64,000 nt of DNA from Lama glama (lineage: Eukaryota), in NCBI GenBank assembly GCA_028534125.1, contig CM052816.1, forward strand, positions 25,174,001-25,238,000, written 5' to 3'. Of the stretch, positions 10,966-23,610 are shown in pieces. A model generated the notes under the pieces. It had not been told where the DNA came from. It did no database searches and saw only the letters and a program-made list of their open reading frames with translations. Made by a program: the position numbers and the translations under genes. Position 1 is the first letter of the stretch. Each line of letters opens with the position of its first letter.

Positions 10966-13900
10966 GAGACATTAGAAGAAAAAATAGCATGAGTTAACTA
11001 GCACATGAATTAGGAGAATTTTGCCATAGATAATGCTTAGTGATAGAAACTTAAAACTAATCTCATTGATCTCTGTCTCTTCACATGAAGGATGTGCTGG
11101 ATGCTATGTTAGTATATCTGTCAGTTTCCTATCACTGTTGATTCTCTGTACATCATTGTGCTAAAATTACTGTCTACTTCTGCTTAATTCTTTAGCTTGT
11201 TATATGGGAGTTATTTGGCTTCTAACTTACTAACTGAAATAAATTAATCCAGAGATTCTGTTAAGTTTGTTAATATTCAGATTTATTGGGTTTTAATTCA
11301 TTTTTCCAAATTCTTTTCCCTTAGACAATTATCGTTTAAAAAATAATAACCCTTGGCCTTTATGCCATTTATTGGTTTAATAAGGAAAAAAGTAGGAGTA
11401 TTAAAGACAATGTGGGCAGAAGAATTTGGTTTCCTTCAAGTGCCTCTTTGGAAAGTTTATTGACAAAAAATGCATTCTTAACATGTTCTTGACATGTTAT
11501 CACATGCTCTTAAGGTGTGGACTTCAAAAGGATGGATGCTGAAAAAACTAAAGTTTATCTTAGTTATATATTGAAGAAAACTTTCAGAGTCCTGAGTTGG
11601 ATATGCAATAGTGACAACCAATTATCTAAACAAACCCACTTTACAATTACTTTATGAATCTCAGAAATGAACACATGAAACAAAATAATAATAAGATGAG
11701 CATAAAGGGATCCTTTGTTTCTGAGATAAAATATCTTCCTTGTTGGTGAGAGAAGCAAAAAAAAAAAAAGAATCACATCATTCTTTTTCCTCCTAAAACT
11801 TTCAAAGATGCCTTTAATTTCTAACAAACCATTCATCTCTTCCTGCATAGTGAATATCTGTTTATGACCACCACCCCCAAAACAAAACAGTCAAGAATCA
11901 GTATTAGATGGGGAAAGGCTCAAACAAGAATATTGCAGTGAAACCAGAGAGTCCAAATACTGAGGAACTGAAAAATCCAGAGAGGTGCGGACCTTTTCAT
12001 AGGAGGACCAGAGCGTCCCAGGCTGCTCTAGAAAAAGGGAGCGTTTTTCTGAACAGAAAAACATCTGAACAGGAAGGACTTGACTTAGTTCCCTATAATT
12101 TGTTTTCTTCATGACTTTGAAAGGATTTTTTTTTCATCAGAAGGATCACTGAAATAATTTTATTCCACAACAAGCCAGCATTACATAGAATCACACTATA
12201 ATTGATACTGAAGTAACCTAATTATTTTCTCTGGTTTATTCCCAAAAGTCATACTCAATTTGCTGTATTGTCTCAAGGAATTTCAAAGAGAGAAAAAAAA
12301 GATGTAAAGAATTATTTAATCACTGAAAATGTATTGTGCAATATGTTGTGTTAAGCACTGTGCTGGCCACTGGAATTTGTTAAAATAATTCCTTTTCATA
12401 ATGGATGGAAAAGTTAGAAAAAATCCTAGAGTTAAATAATGTATTTACTGTTTGGGAATGTAGCAAAGCAACTGTATAGAAAGGCTAAGATAAGACAACA
12501 GCCATCTTCTAAGCTGGAGGACAAAAAACAGGCAGTAAAACAATGAGGAATGTTGGAGACAGGCACCCAGTGCAGCTCAGAGATTGTGAATAGTTCTTTT
12601 CAGGTCTGAAATCATGAAGTCCCACAAGATCGTATAATACCATGGGCTGCTAAATTTCAAGGATTTTCTCTTTTTAATTTTCTTTTTAATGTATTTTCTT
12701 CCCATTGAATGGTTATCCTAAAAGTCAACAATTTTGACAGCTTTGATGTATTTGTATTAACATTTTTCTAGGAGAAATAGTCATTTAGAAAACATTCTGT
12801 TACAAAATGGATTTGGAAAAAATACCCACTGAGACCCATAAACCTCAGTGTCAAATAAGAAAGAGCCATCAATGTGTTTGCTGCTCCACTTGTGGGGCTA
12901 ATCAGTCCGCTTAGCCTTACAGGATGGTCAGAGTAGTTAATTAAGAGCCAGGGGAACTGAGTTCTGTAGAGCAGAGAGCAGTTTACAGTGAATGCAGGGT
13001 GAGGCAGCGTATGGCCAGTGCTAACACATTAATCCCAAATCGGTTAGCCAGTAGAGTTTAAAGAACAACAACATCTAAATTGGGCTATGAATAATTGATG
13101 ACAGCAGCTGAACTATTAAAGAAAAATGTCCCTTTCCTCTAGGAAGCCTTCTATATGCCTGAAATTGCTAAGCTTATTTTGTCTCTGATTGTGTACTGCT
13201 TCTCCCAGGAATATTTTCTTTCCTCTGAAACATTAGGAGGAACTCCAGCAACAGATTTTTGATGGGAGTGATAGAAAAAGTATATGCTTTAAAAAGGCTG
13301 CCAAATTAACTGAACTGACTTGAAAAAATCATGACCGTAATTTTGCTGTTCATGTAGGTACACAACAGGAGAGACACAAATTGAAAATTCCCTTTTTGTT
13401 GAGGGTTTTTCGGTATGAGGGTGGGATTATGAGGGTGTTCACCACAACGTAGACTTTGAGATACAAGGGCAATACTTTTAAAATCATATCAAAAGACGGA
13501 CAGGTTTTTAAAATACTGTGATTACAAAGAATCTTACATAAGAATTGAGTATAATTCATTGCAGACTTGTGAATCATTTTCTCTAATGAAACAATGATCT
13601 TTCTAACCTTCTAACACTAACCTTCAGAAAGAGTGTTATTTGCAGAATCAGTTTTTGAAGAGCTATCAAACAGTGCATTAATACAAGTGAAATTAATTTT
13701 TCCAATTACCTCTTTTTCTTGTGCATTATAAATGTTACATCTCTAATTGTTTCCATAGAAACAGTTAATGTTGGACTTTTGAAAGTAGTGGTAAGGGAGA
13801 GGGGAGCAAGGAAGATAGTTTGAGAAGGAATGACTAGCAGATGTGTTAAAATAAATTTAAGGATATGTGACATTTAAGTGCTAAATGAAAAAGCACAAAC

Positions 13901-14093
13901 ATTTCATAAGTGTAGCACAAGATTTTACAAACTTGTTGAGTAAAGGTTGGACATGATAAAGTTGCAAGTCAAAAGTCTGGACATTACATTCTGATCTTAA
14001 AAATATATGCATCTATCTACAGAAGTGTTTAAGGTGAGCCATCACTTGCCTTACTTATTTATGTAAAAAGCACAATTAGAATTGGTGATACAT

Positions 14094-14868
14094 TTCTTCA
14101 TTTAATAAACATGTGTAATATGCCTACTGTATGCCAGGTTCTCATCAAGATGTTTGGGGCACATTAGTCTAAAAAGCAGAAAGGATCACTTGACAAACTT
14201 ACATTGGGGTGAGAGGTGTAGACAGTGAGTGGAGTAAAAATGTTATAAATTGTTATGCTCTCAAAAAAAGGAAAACCTGAGTAGGGTAAGAGAACTGGGG
14301 GTTTGGGTTGTAATTTTGATGAGGGTGGTCAAAGGAAGCCTTATTGAGATCATGAATAAAGACTTGAAGGAATTGAAGAAGTACACCATTGAAATATCTG
14401 GGGGAGATCCCTGCAGGCAGAAGGGCCAGTTCCAAGACAGAAGACTGCCTGCTTGTTTCCATTACAGCAAGGAGGCCATTGTGGCTGCAGCTGAGAAACC
14501 AGGTTGGAGGGTTATAGGTCAGGAATGTAGCTGTCAGCTAGACCATTTAAATTTTTATACCATTATAAGGATTTTGGCTTTTATTATGAGTAAAACAGGA
14601 AGCTAGTAAGTCATTGGTTCTCAAAGTACGGCCCCCAGATCAGCAGCACAAGCATCATCTGGGAAACTGATAGAAATATGGAATCTTAGGCCTTACCCCA
14701 GACCTAAATTTCTGGGGATGAGACCCAGAAGTCTGTATTTTAATAAATGATCCAAGTGATTTGGATGCATGTTCCAGCTGGAGAACCACTGCACTAGGTG
14801 ATTCTAAGCAATAAAGTCATGACTGAACCTGATCATTTATCTTAAAACTTCTAGAGATTGACTATAAG
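14094..14868 (-). mobile_element. L2a 3' portion, interrupted by MER5A
   Basis: TTCATTTAATAAACAT..GCCTACTGTATGCCAGG, AGGGTGGTCAAAGGAAGCCT, CAGCAAGGAGGCCATTGTGGCTG and TAAGGATTTTGGCTTTTATT; L2-like sequence resumes after 14799. Confidence 0.85.
14612..14791 (+). mobile_element. MER5A (hAT-Charlie MITE)
   Basis: Terminal inverted repeats CATTGGTTCTC/GAGAACCACTG; internal CAGCAGCA..CATCTGGGAA; degenerate 8-bp TSD TAGTAAGT/CACTAGGT. Confidence 0.9.
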
Positions 14869-15009
14869 TAGGACAGCCATGACTTATACTCCGAATTTGA
14901 GCATTTTTGATAGTAAAAAGGAGGCTAAAAATAAACAGTTATAATTTATCTACAACAAGTTGTAAGCTGAGATTTTCTCATAGAGTAAATGAGGCCACAA
15001 GTCACTCAT
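14869..15009 (+). mobile_element. MER81-like (hAT-Blackjack) remnant
   Basis: TAGGACAGCCAT...CATTTTTGATAGTAAAAAGGAGGC...ACAACAAG...GTCACTC follows the MER81 layout. Confidence 0.5.
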
Positions 15010-15845
15010 TTATTCTATAAAGTATTATGGGCTCTTCTTCTAAAAAGAGATCTAGTCACCAAGGCTGACTTTTGTAGACTGAAAAGAAGAGGAAGGGGAA
15101 AAGGACTGCAGAGTATAACTTCCCAGTCTGGACCTTTCACTCTCATAAGTAATGCCTGGCCTGAAGTTCATAGGAAGGCTATCTCACTTGAAAATATAGA
15201 CAAGTTACCGTATGTAATCTGAAATGATTTAAAATGTAACTGGAGCTAGAATGGGATTTTTATAGAGGCCTGACCTTTGGTCTTGCTCATTTCATTACCA
15301 AGTATTTTACTGCTGACATTTAGTCTGGGCCAAAGTTTGTCCCTACGCATTTCAAAGTCATGACATTTCATCATGTGGTATTTTGCTTTTGATTAAGGTG
15401 CTATGGCATTAGTTGCCTTATAAATTTAATAGTATTTAAATATTTTATATGAACATGCTCTTTTTAGAAAATGTGGCTACATAAAAGTACTATCTGAGTT
15501 GATATAAAATATTTAAATGAAGAATCTCTCAAAAGTGAAATGTTGCTAGTATCAAGGGTGGACTGAGATGCATTCTAAACAAGCCCCAGCATAGACATAA
15601 AATGGGAGAGTATGAAGCACAGAGCCCGTGATCAGTATCTGTGCCTCTTGTACTGTTGTTTCCTCCCTACGACACTGTGGAATGCTTCAGGCCTCAGGAG
15701 AGCTCTTTCAACATGGTTGAACCGCAGTTAGAAAGTGAAGATGGCAACTTTCACTATTAAAAACATTGCCTAAGGAAAATATAAACTAGCTAAAAATAGA
15801 AAGAAACACATAATTTAAGCTTGATATGAGATTAAGGTTTGAATC

Positions 15846-16037
15846 GAATGCTTCTCAAAGGTACTCCATGGATCATCTGCATAAAGGTCACGTGTGGAAC
15901 GCATGAAATGTACAGGCAGTCGCAGGCTACCTGCCAGACTTGCTGGATCAGAATCTCTGGGCAGGAGACTTAGAAATCTGCATTTTTAATAAGCACCTTC
16001 GGTGATTTTTATGCACACTAAAGTTTGTGAAGCACTA
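15846..16037 (+). mobile_element. MER5B/MER5A-like MITE
   Basis: ATGCTTCTCAAAG...ATCAGAATCTCTGGG...AATCTGCATTTTTAATAAGCAC...ATGCACACTAAAGTTTG. Confidence 0.85.
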
Positions 16038-17439
16038 TGATACAGACAGTGTCCAAAAAAATAAGTTTTTAGGGCCACAAAAGGTGAAGATAAAAAATAA
16101 TTATAATGGTAAAATAAGTATCAATGTTTAAACTATTTTTGGTTTGAATGACTGTAAATTAAGGAGAAATAGAGAAGAAAGAGATATACTAAAACTCAAA
16201 GGACTCACTGCAGCAAGTCAGAGGAAATGTTAAAAGCTTGAGAAACAGCCAAATAATTGCTGGGGGTGGGAGGTTGGTAGAGCCTGCTCAGAGATCTCTT
16301 GGGACTAACTTCACATTGCTAATTTACAATCACATGCTGCATCTGTCACTTTTACAAGTCAATGAGAATGCCCACCCTTTAATAGCATGGAGTTACTTGT
16401 GATGGTCTCCAGTGTGGGCCATCCAGACAGGACCTTTCAGGATGTCAGGAAAGAACCTTGGTGACGCACATTAACACACACATGCTCCTTTATGTCACTT
16501 CCAATTTACTTTATCTTAAATTGTCAGCAAGAAGAACTCAAGCCCATATTAATAACTAGAGGTTTGTATTTTAGCCAAGAAAAATAAACCCTGCTGATAG
16601 CTCTGCAGACAGCTGGTTTGCTCTAAGTAGAGCCAAAAAAAGACATGGCTCTTTGTACTTGTGGAAATTTTATAGTATTTAGGAAAGGGAACTGGTGGAA
16701 GAACAGTTTCAATGTCTTTGTTTAGGAATGGCATTTTGATAAAATAATTGAGCTTATCATTAAACATGATTTTTACTATAAACAGCAGAAAAAATACAAA
16801 CATTATTAAGATAAAGTCATGGTAAGTTTCAGCCATCTAGAAATCTAATTGTGCTGAAGAAAAAAGATCTAAGATTTTTTTTACTTTTCTAAATACAGTT
16901 GGAGAAATTAAGATGCTGTTCTGATCATCTCATTCTGATCAAAAAGCAAGAAATTGTTCATAATGAGAAGTGACGGTTAAGTGGAAATAAATGTTGGCCA
17001 TAACCAGACATGGGGCTAAGATATTTAAAAACTAGACTTCAAAAGGAAAACTCAGGTTTGTCTCTACTATGAGCCTTAAAAGGGAATGTTACTCAAATTG
17101 CACAGTAGATTCACTCTCTGGTTTATATAATCTTCATTTGAACATGGAAGAATATATTCTAAGGGAACTGGTTTAGATGCACAGGAAGCTTTCCCAAATA
17201 TAAAAGAACATGTAGAAGAAGTGAAAGGAGGGTCTTACAGCAAGGAACAAAAACAAAATACCTGCCCTCTCTTAGGAGAGCAGTGTCAGAAAGGTTTGAG
17301 GCCAGAGTTGCTGAGGCTGGTGGAAATGCTGAAGATAAGGAAAGGCTTGGCAAGCTATGTTCAAAGATAAGCTATGAACTAAGAAGGGCGGGAATCACTG
17401 CTGGGGGAGAATGGTACACTGTTAACAGATGACTGAAAT

Positions 17440-17542
17440 GTATACCAGATTATTTATTTAACTCCTATAATACCCTAAGCCTATCTCAGTGCCAGTCACC
17501 TTTCAAGTACATCACACATGTGGAGGGAATGGATGGATGAGG
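17440..17542 (+). mobile_element. L2 3' tail fragment
   Basis: GCCTATCTCAGTGCC...GAATGGATGGATGA. Confidence 0.45.
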
Positions 17543-17779
17543 AGTTCAGGTAGTGAGAGTGATTTCAAAAATAGGAAAGTGGTAGAGTATGACTTTTATA
17601 AAAGAAATTTCAATACCAAGAAAAATGTGAAGTTAATAAAGGGACTTGGTTGGTTACTTTAAAATTACATCTCTGCAGACTAATAGGAATGACATCCCAA
17701 GAGGCAATCTGATGTGAGAACGATCACTAACAATATTCAGGACCAAAATGTACAAGTTTCCAAGGTGCAATCAGAGTAT

Positions 17780-18300
17780 TTATGCACAATTTCAAAAGGG
17801 GAAAAAAGATGGATTTGGGATATTTCAGAACAGTGATATGACTATTTCTGCCATAATTCTATCATATCTTATGAAGCAGAGAACTTGGAATGATACAGAT
17901 TTTAAAAATAATGTTTAGATTCTGCTAAAAAAGAAAAGTGTAATCAAAAGTAGTAGAATTTATTTTTTATGGGATTATCTAGTCTGTATATGAAGAAAAT
18001 GCTGTCATCGTTATGATTTCAGTAGGGCATCCTGAAAATTTTCTCTTTCATACTCAGAGAAAAGATGGAGAAGGTTAACTTGGTGATGCTATAAACAAAT
18101 AGATTTGTATCTCTCCAACATACTCAAATAAAACCAAAATGGAAGGAGACATTCTCAAGCTGTACTGTATGACTCTGTGTTTGGCCTTGTTTTGTTCAAT
18201 ATTTTGATCAGTGATTTGTATTAAAAACAAACAGAACAGGAACTTACAAAATTTGAGTTTGACACAAAGCAAGAGAAAAAAATAATATTTTACTGCCAGC
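17780..18300 (+). mobile_element. L3/CR1 LINE reverse-transcriptase fragment
   Basis: CAATTTCAAAAGGGGAAAAAAGATGGATT (PIFKKG region), GATTTCAGTAGGGCA (DFSKA), GGCCTTGTTTTGTTCAATATTTTGATCAGTGATTTG (GPVLFNIFINDL) and AAATTTG..TGACACAAAGC (KFADDTK). Confidence 0.8.
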
Positions 18301-18311
18301 CTAAGCAAGAT

Positions 18312-18681
18312 AGCATTTACTTTTCTTTTTGCAGGTTGCTATAACAAAGTCCCATAGACTAAGGGGCTTATGAACAATAGAAATTTATTTCTCATAATTC
18401 TAGAGCCTGGAAGTATGAGATCAAGGTGCCAGCAGAGTCGGGTTCTGGTGAGGACCCTCTTCCAGTCTGCAGACTGCCATCTTCTCAATGTGTCCTCACA
18501 TGGTAAAGGGTCAGGGAGCCTTTCTGGGGTGTTTTTTTAACAGGCACAAATCCCATTCATGAGGGCATAGCTCTCATAATATAGTCACATCCCGAAGTCC
18601 TCAGATCCTAATACCATAATATTGGAACTTAGGATTTCAATGTATGCCTTTGGGACAGACACAAACACGTCATCTGTAAGC
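18312..18681 (-). mobile_element. MLT1A-like solo LTR
   Basis: GCTATAACAAA, AGAAATTTATTTCTCA, GATCAAGGTGCCAGCAG, TCTGGTGAGGACCC, AATCCCATTCATGAGGG. Confidence 0.9.
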
Positions 18682-19440
18682 CTCTGTCCCTGCTCCTCTC
18701 CACTAAATGCACACATAACCTAGAAGCAACACAAGACATAACCAGAGGAGAACTCTGTAAGGTGGTGTGGTAGGTTGAATAATGTCCCTCCAAATGTATC
18801 TAAATCCTAATGCCCAGAATATGTAAATATGCTGCCTTATGGGAAAAAGGAAATTTGCAGATGTGATTAAAGATCTGGAGATGAGGAGATTACACTGAAT
18901 TATCTAGGAGAGCCCAATGTGATCACAGGTGTTCTTAGAAGAGTGAATGAAGCAGGAGGGTCAAAGTTAGAAAGGGAAGGCTATGTCATGATGGAAGCAG
19001 AGAGTTTGAAGATGTAAAGCTCCTGCCTTTGAATATGGAGAAGGGAGCCACAAGCCAAGGAATGCAGGCAGCCACTAGAAACTGGAAAAGGCTGGAAATG
19101 GATTTTTCCCTAGAGCATCCAGAAGACCAACCTATACCTTGATCTGAGCCAAATAAGACACAAGTGTGGGTTTCTGACCTCCAAAACTATAGGAGAATAA
19201 ATATGTGCTATTTTAAGTCATCAAATTAGTGATACTTGTTATAGCATCAATGGGAAACTGCCACATATGGTAAGAGGAAGAAGAACTGATTAGGGACCCC
19301 AGAATTGGAGGGAAAACATAATGGTGGGTGCTCACTGGCTGAACTTCCCCTTCAGCACCCAACACAAGAAGATGACTCATACATGTTCCAACCTTTACCT
19401 AGCAGCCCAGCTGCCCACTTAGGCTCATTCCTCCTCTCGA
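18682..19440 (+). mobile_element. Old L1M 5'-UTR fragment split by MLT1D
   Basis: AACTCTGTAAGGTGG on the left continues as TAAGAGGAAGAAG..TAGGGACCCCAG after the LTR. Confidence 0.5.
18766..19265 (+). mobile_element. MLT1D solo LTR
   Basis: TGTGGTAGGTTGAATAAT start, TTTGCAGATGTGATTAA, AGCCAAGGAATGCAGGCAGCC, TTCTGACCTCC, ending GGAAACTGCCACA. Confidence 0.9.
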
Positions 19441-19449
19441 TTAAACAGA

Positions 19450-20195
19450 AGACTAGCTAAAATAAAATATAACGACAGCACTAAATGTTGGTGAAACTGG
19501 GTCATAGAGAAAGCCAGTCAATTGTACAATGTTGGTGGGAATGTAAAATAGTAATCCATTCTGGAAAACAGTTTGGCACTTTCCTATAATACTATATAGG
19601 CAACTCCCATGTGATGCAGCAATTAACCTCTTGGGCATTTGTCCAGAGAAGTGAAATCCATGCTCACACAAAAACATCTGTATGACTATCCATAAGAGCT
19701 TCATTCAAAAGAGCCCCAACTGGATACAGTACAGATGTCTTTCAGTAGGTGACTAGTTAAATTATCAGTGATACATCTATAGCATGGAATATTACCCAGT
19801 AATTTAAAAATATGAACTTTTGATGCATGAAACAATTTGGATCAATTTTGAGATAATTATGCTGTTACAAAAGTCAGTCTTGAAAAGTATTTTGATACCA
19901 TTTATATAACATTGTTAGACAGACAAAATTATAAAAATGAGGAATAGGTTAATTGTTGTCCAAGGTTAGGGATGGTGAGAGAAGGTGGGTGTCATTATGA
20001 AATGGAATTATAAGGAATCCACTTGTAGATGTAACTCTGATTTATACTGACTATATATCAATGTCTATACTCCACTTGTAGTAGAGTTTTGTAAGATGTT
20101 ACCTTTAGGGGAAACTTGTGAAAGGGTAAACGGGATATCTCTCTATTATTTCTTACAACTACATGTGAATCTATCTCAAAATAAGGAGCTAAAAA
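19450..20195 (+). mobile_element. L1MD-type ORF2 end and 3' UTR
   Basis: GGTGGGAATGTAAAAT, CTGGAAAACAGTTTGGCA, ending TATTATTTCTTACAACTACATGTGAATCTA. Confidence 0.85.
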
Positions 20196-20264
20196 GAAGA
20201 CTTCATGAAAAGCAAGCCAAAAATAAATGTCATGGATGATAGAATATTCAGCAATGCTCTTAAT

Positions 20265-20590
20265 AATGAATTTGCTCAGCTTTTATTTTTCATAAAAAGT
20301 TTTTATTTCTCCTTTGTCTTTAACAGATATTTTCACTAGGAATAGAATGCTGGCTATGATGACTTTTTTGCTTTTTCCTTGCGTTAAAGATGTCACTTTA
20401 TGTCTCCTGGCTTGTATCGTTTCTGATGAAAAACGTTTCTTTGTATGTAAAGTTTTTTTTCTCTCTGACTTCCTTTAGGAGTTTCTCTTTCTCTTTGATT
20501 TTCAGCTGCTTGAATATGATGCATCAAGGCCTAGTTCTTTTGTTATTTTTTCTGCTTGAGGTTTTCTGCACCATTTCAGCAATCTTGAAA
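20265..20590 (-). mobile_element. Old L1M ORF1 fragment
   Basis: GATATTTTCACTAGGAATAGAAT, TTAAAGATGTCACT..TGTCTCCTGGCTTG..GTTTCTGATGA, CTTTGATTTTCAGC. Confidence 0.75.
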
Positions 20591-20649
20591 ACATGAGTTA
20601 AAATCATGTTTTGGGGATAAGTCCTTCATTTAGTTGTAGGAAAGCCCTT

Positions 20650-21085
20650 TTAAATGGCAGACTAAGAAACTTTGAAAATTCTTTTCTCCATAAAAGCACC
20701 AAGAACAGTGCAAAATGGCCAAAATTACCGTTTTTATGAACTATTCAAGGTAACCCAGATGTTACAACAGTCAAAGAACATGTATTCAAGAAAAAAATGG
20801 CTGAATCTCAGTCACTTGAACAGCAGATAATGCTATATGAATTTGCCTTATATCCATGCCATTCTTCCTGACTTGACAGAATCCTTGAAAATAATTAACC
20901 TCACAGCCATGATACTGTGAACCAGAGTCTAGAAATCTAGTGATTTAGGGACAAAATCACTTTGAAGCTGCCCTAAAATTCATATTACCAAACAATTGCC
21001 ACTCACTAATTTGTATGACAGCTCTCTTAAAGGATTTTTCTTTATTTGACCTGAATCAGAAATCACTCAGTGAGAAAGTCCTTAT
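20650..21085 (+). mobile_element. Old L1M 5'-UTR fragment
   Basis: CTCCATAAAAGCA, TATTCAAGAAAAAAATGGCTGAATCTC, CCTTGAAAA, TCTTTATTTGACCTGA. Confidence 0.7.
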
Positions 21086-21244
21086 CCATGGAATATTTGT
21101 TGAAAATAGTATAAAAATATTAGAAAAAATTGTCAAACAGAAAAGTGTTGAAGAAAAACAAGAAGAGGAAGAAGAAGGAGAAAGATCATCTTGACAGCTG
21201 TAATGAAGATGGAACCCAGGTGTACACCAGTGGAAAGAGAACAG

Positions 21245-21405
21245 AGATGTATCAGATAATAAGAGGACTGAGAAGGGATCATTGTATTTAGCAATGGGGG
21301 TGTTAATTGTGTATCTGAAAAAGAGTTGTATTAATGAAGCAGGAGGGGCAGAAACTGATTGGAGAGAGGTTAAGGGAGAATGGGAAAGGGATAGCAAACA
21401 AATAC
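21245..21405 (-). mobile_element. L2 internal fragment
   Basis: AGGACTGAGAAG..CATTGTATTTAGCAA..CTGATTGGAG..GAGAATGGGA. Confidence 0.7.
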
Positions 21406-21444
21406 AGTCTTAGAATCAAGATGTTTTGGTCTTCCCAGTACTTT

Positions 21445-21570
21445 AGTTAGCCTCTTGACTTTGTAGGTAAGAATGGAAACTCCAAAAAACTGATCACAAA
21501 ACACATAGCTAGTTAGTGGCAAACAAGGAGCTAGCATCCACATTTTAAATATCTTCCATCACACAAGATT
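21445..21570 (-). mobile_element. MIR fragment
   Basis: CACATAGCTAGTTAGTGGCA. Confidence 0.55.
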
Positions 21571-23399
21571 GCCTCCTTCTGAAAAAAAAAAGCCAATGAT
21601 TTTATTTATTATTAGTTACAAATAGAGATTTTGGACTTCAGAAATAAAATAGTTTTGCTTTGTCCAAGAAGAAGCCAGCTCTTATTTTGGTTATGACATT
21701 CTGAAAAAGACAAAAATACAGAAATTGTTTCCCAATTTCCTTTTTTTTTAATCACTGCTCTCCTTTCAGAGACACAGCTGGTGATTTGCTCTTCAGTTAC
21801 TATTAAACAGATAACATATTCAGCTACTCTTTGAACTATGAGTGTTATCAGCAAAAGGACAATTTCATTTTGTATTTTGGTCACTTTTTTCATGGACTTA
21901 ACCCTGTAAAAGAACACTATCTCTGGTTCTTAAATATTTTACTCAGAGTGAGTTGTATTTTGTTTTAGAATAATAAGAATTAAATTTCTCTTTTTATTCA
22001 AAATCAAAGCCTTCCAAAGGCCTCTCTGCACCTCCCCCTGACCCACCAGCCTCTTATCCAGTTTCAATGTTCTCCAGAGAATATAGGCAGGTGAATAATA
22101 CCAAGTTTTATCTACATATCACCTAGCTCAGCATAATCTCATAGAAGAAAATGGAAAGAATAATCCATAGTGGTCAAGGAGCTAGACTAAACTTGATCCC
22201 TAATTTAACAATACACCCACATGGCCAAGCAAAGAGCTTGCAGCTCTTGCTAATCTGATGTTCTTTTACAAAGCTTATCTCCATTTGAAAGCTTTCTTTG
22301 AAAACATTTCTTTGGCAATAGTCTAAATTATTCACTGCTTCCAATATTAATTCTTGTTTTATATTTCTAGTGTATTCTGTACAATGGGATAGAAACATTT
22401 TATGCAGATTTTTAATTAAGATTAGTCAAAGCCATCATGCTGATAATAATAACAAATAGACACATAACACACATGTACACTTTGTAGTTCTGGCTCATTA
22501 GCTAGACTATGTGGCAAACAGCAATCAAAGCATCATTTCTTTGAACATTTACTTTAATTATGATACTATATACTACATATAATATTTATTCTAGGGGTGT
22601 GTAAAGGATTTTAAGATGAAAAAAGTATAATTATGGTAATTATGATTTGAGAGCTTTCTTGAATACTTCCTTTGGAGGTGACATGAAAAAATATTAAGTA
22701 GAAAAAGGCTCTGGGCATGAACAAACACTTCGTTTTTTAATAATCCTCATCATATGCAGTGCTGCTGCCATATTAGCATATTGTCATTTCTGCTTTTTCC
22801 TTTTTCTTAAAAAATCTATTTGCATAATTATGTAGAGTGCAGTCTCTCTTTTAGATAGTTCTAGGGTATGGAGTACTTAGCATTTCATATTACTATAGGA
22901 GATAAGCTTCTGTAGATACACATGACTTTGGATATGAAAAGAAAATACATTTTTGTGTTTCCTCTCCTATTTCTGATTTCTTTGTGAAGAGGGAAGCTCT
23001 GGCATATTAGAACAATGAATGTTAAATTGTCTTATTTTCTTTCTGAAATGTCGTATATGTCATAGAAAAATACTTATGTAGACACAGGTTTTAATTTTTG
23101 TTGTGATGAGGAATAGTTTTAAGAAATTCTGACCTCTACATTTATTACTCAGTTTCTATTCAGATACATAAATGAAATATGAATATATAATGAATAGAAA
23201 AAAATTTTGTTTAATAGTGGACTAGTTTTCAGTGATCCTTAAATAACACACACAAACACATTCATACACATACAGATGTACACTCACATATGATGAATTA
23301 CCTATACAAGGAGAAATATTTCTTAAATGTGCAATAAATATTTTGAATGGAACTCTTCGTTTCTACCAATTTTTAATATAATCATTTTATGGGCTTTAT

Positions 23400-23610
23400 T
23401 TTAAAAATATCTACTCATATATTTAAAAAGAAAAAAGTAAAACAAAATGGAAAGTTTCAAAAAGAACGAAACTTTGCTACAAATCTCATCACTCAACAGT
23501 TGGTTTTGGTGACCATCAACCTAGTCTCCCTTTATTCACACACAAGCCATCTAAAAGTTAGGAGTAGTTTAAACAATGAAATTGTATCATGTGGAGTATT
23601 TTAAACTTAA
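23400..23610 (-). mobile_element. Old L1ME/L1MC 3' end fragment
   Basis: AATCTCATCACTCA..TTTTGGTG..CCTAGTCT layout typical of antisense L1ME 3' ends. Confidence 0.4.
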
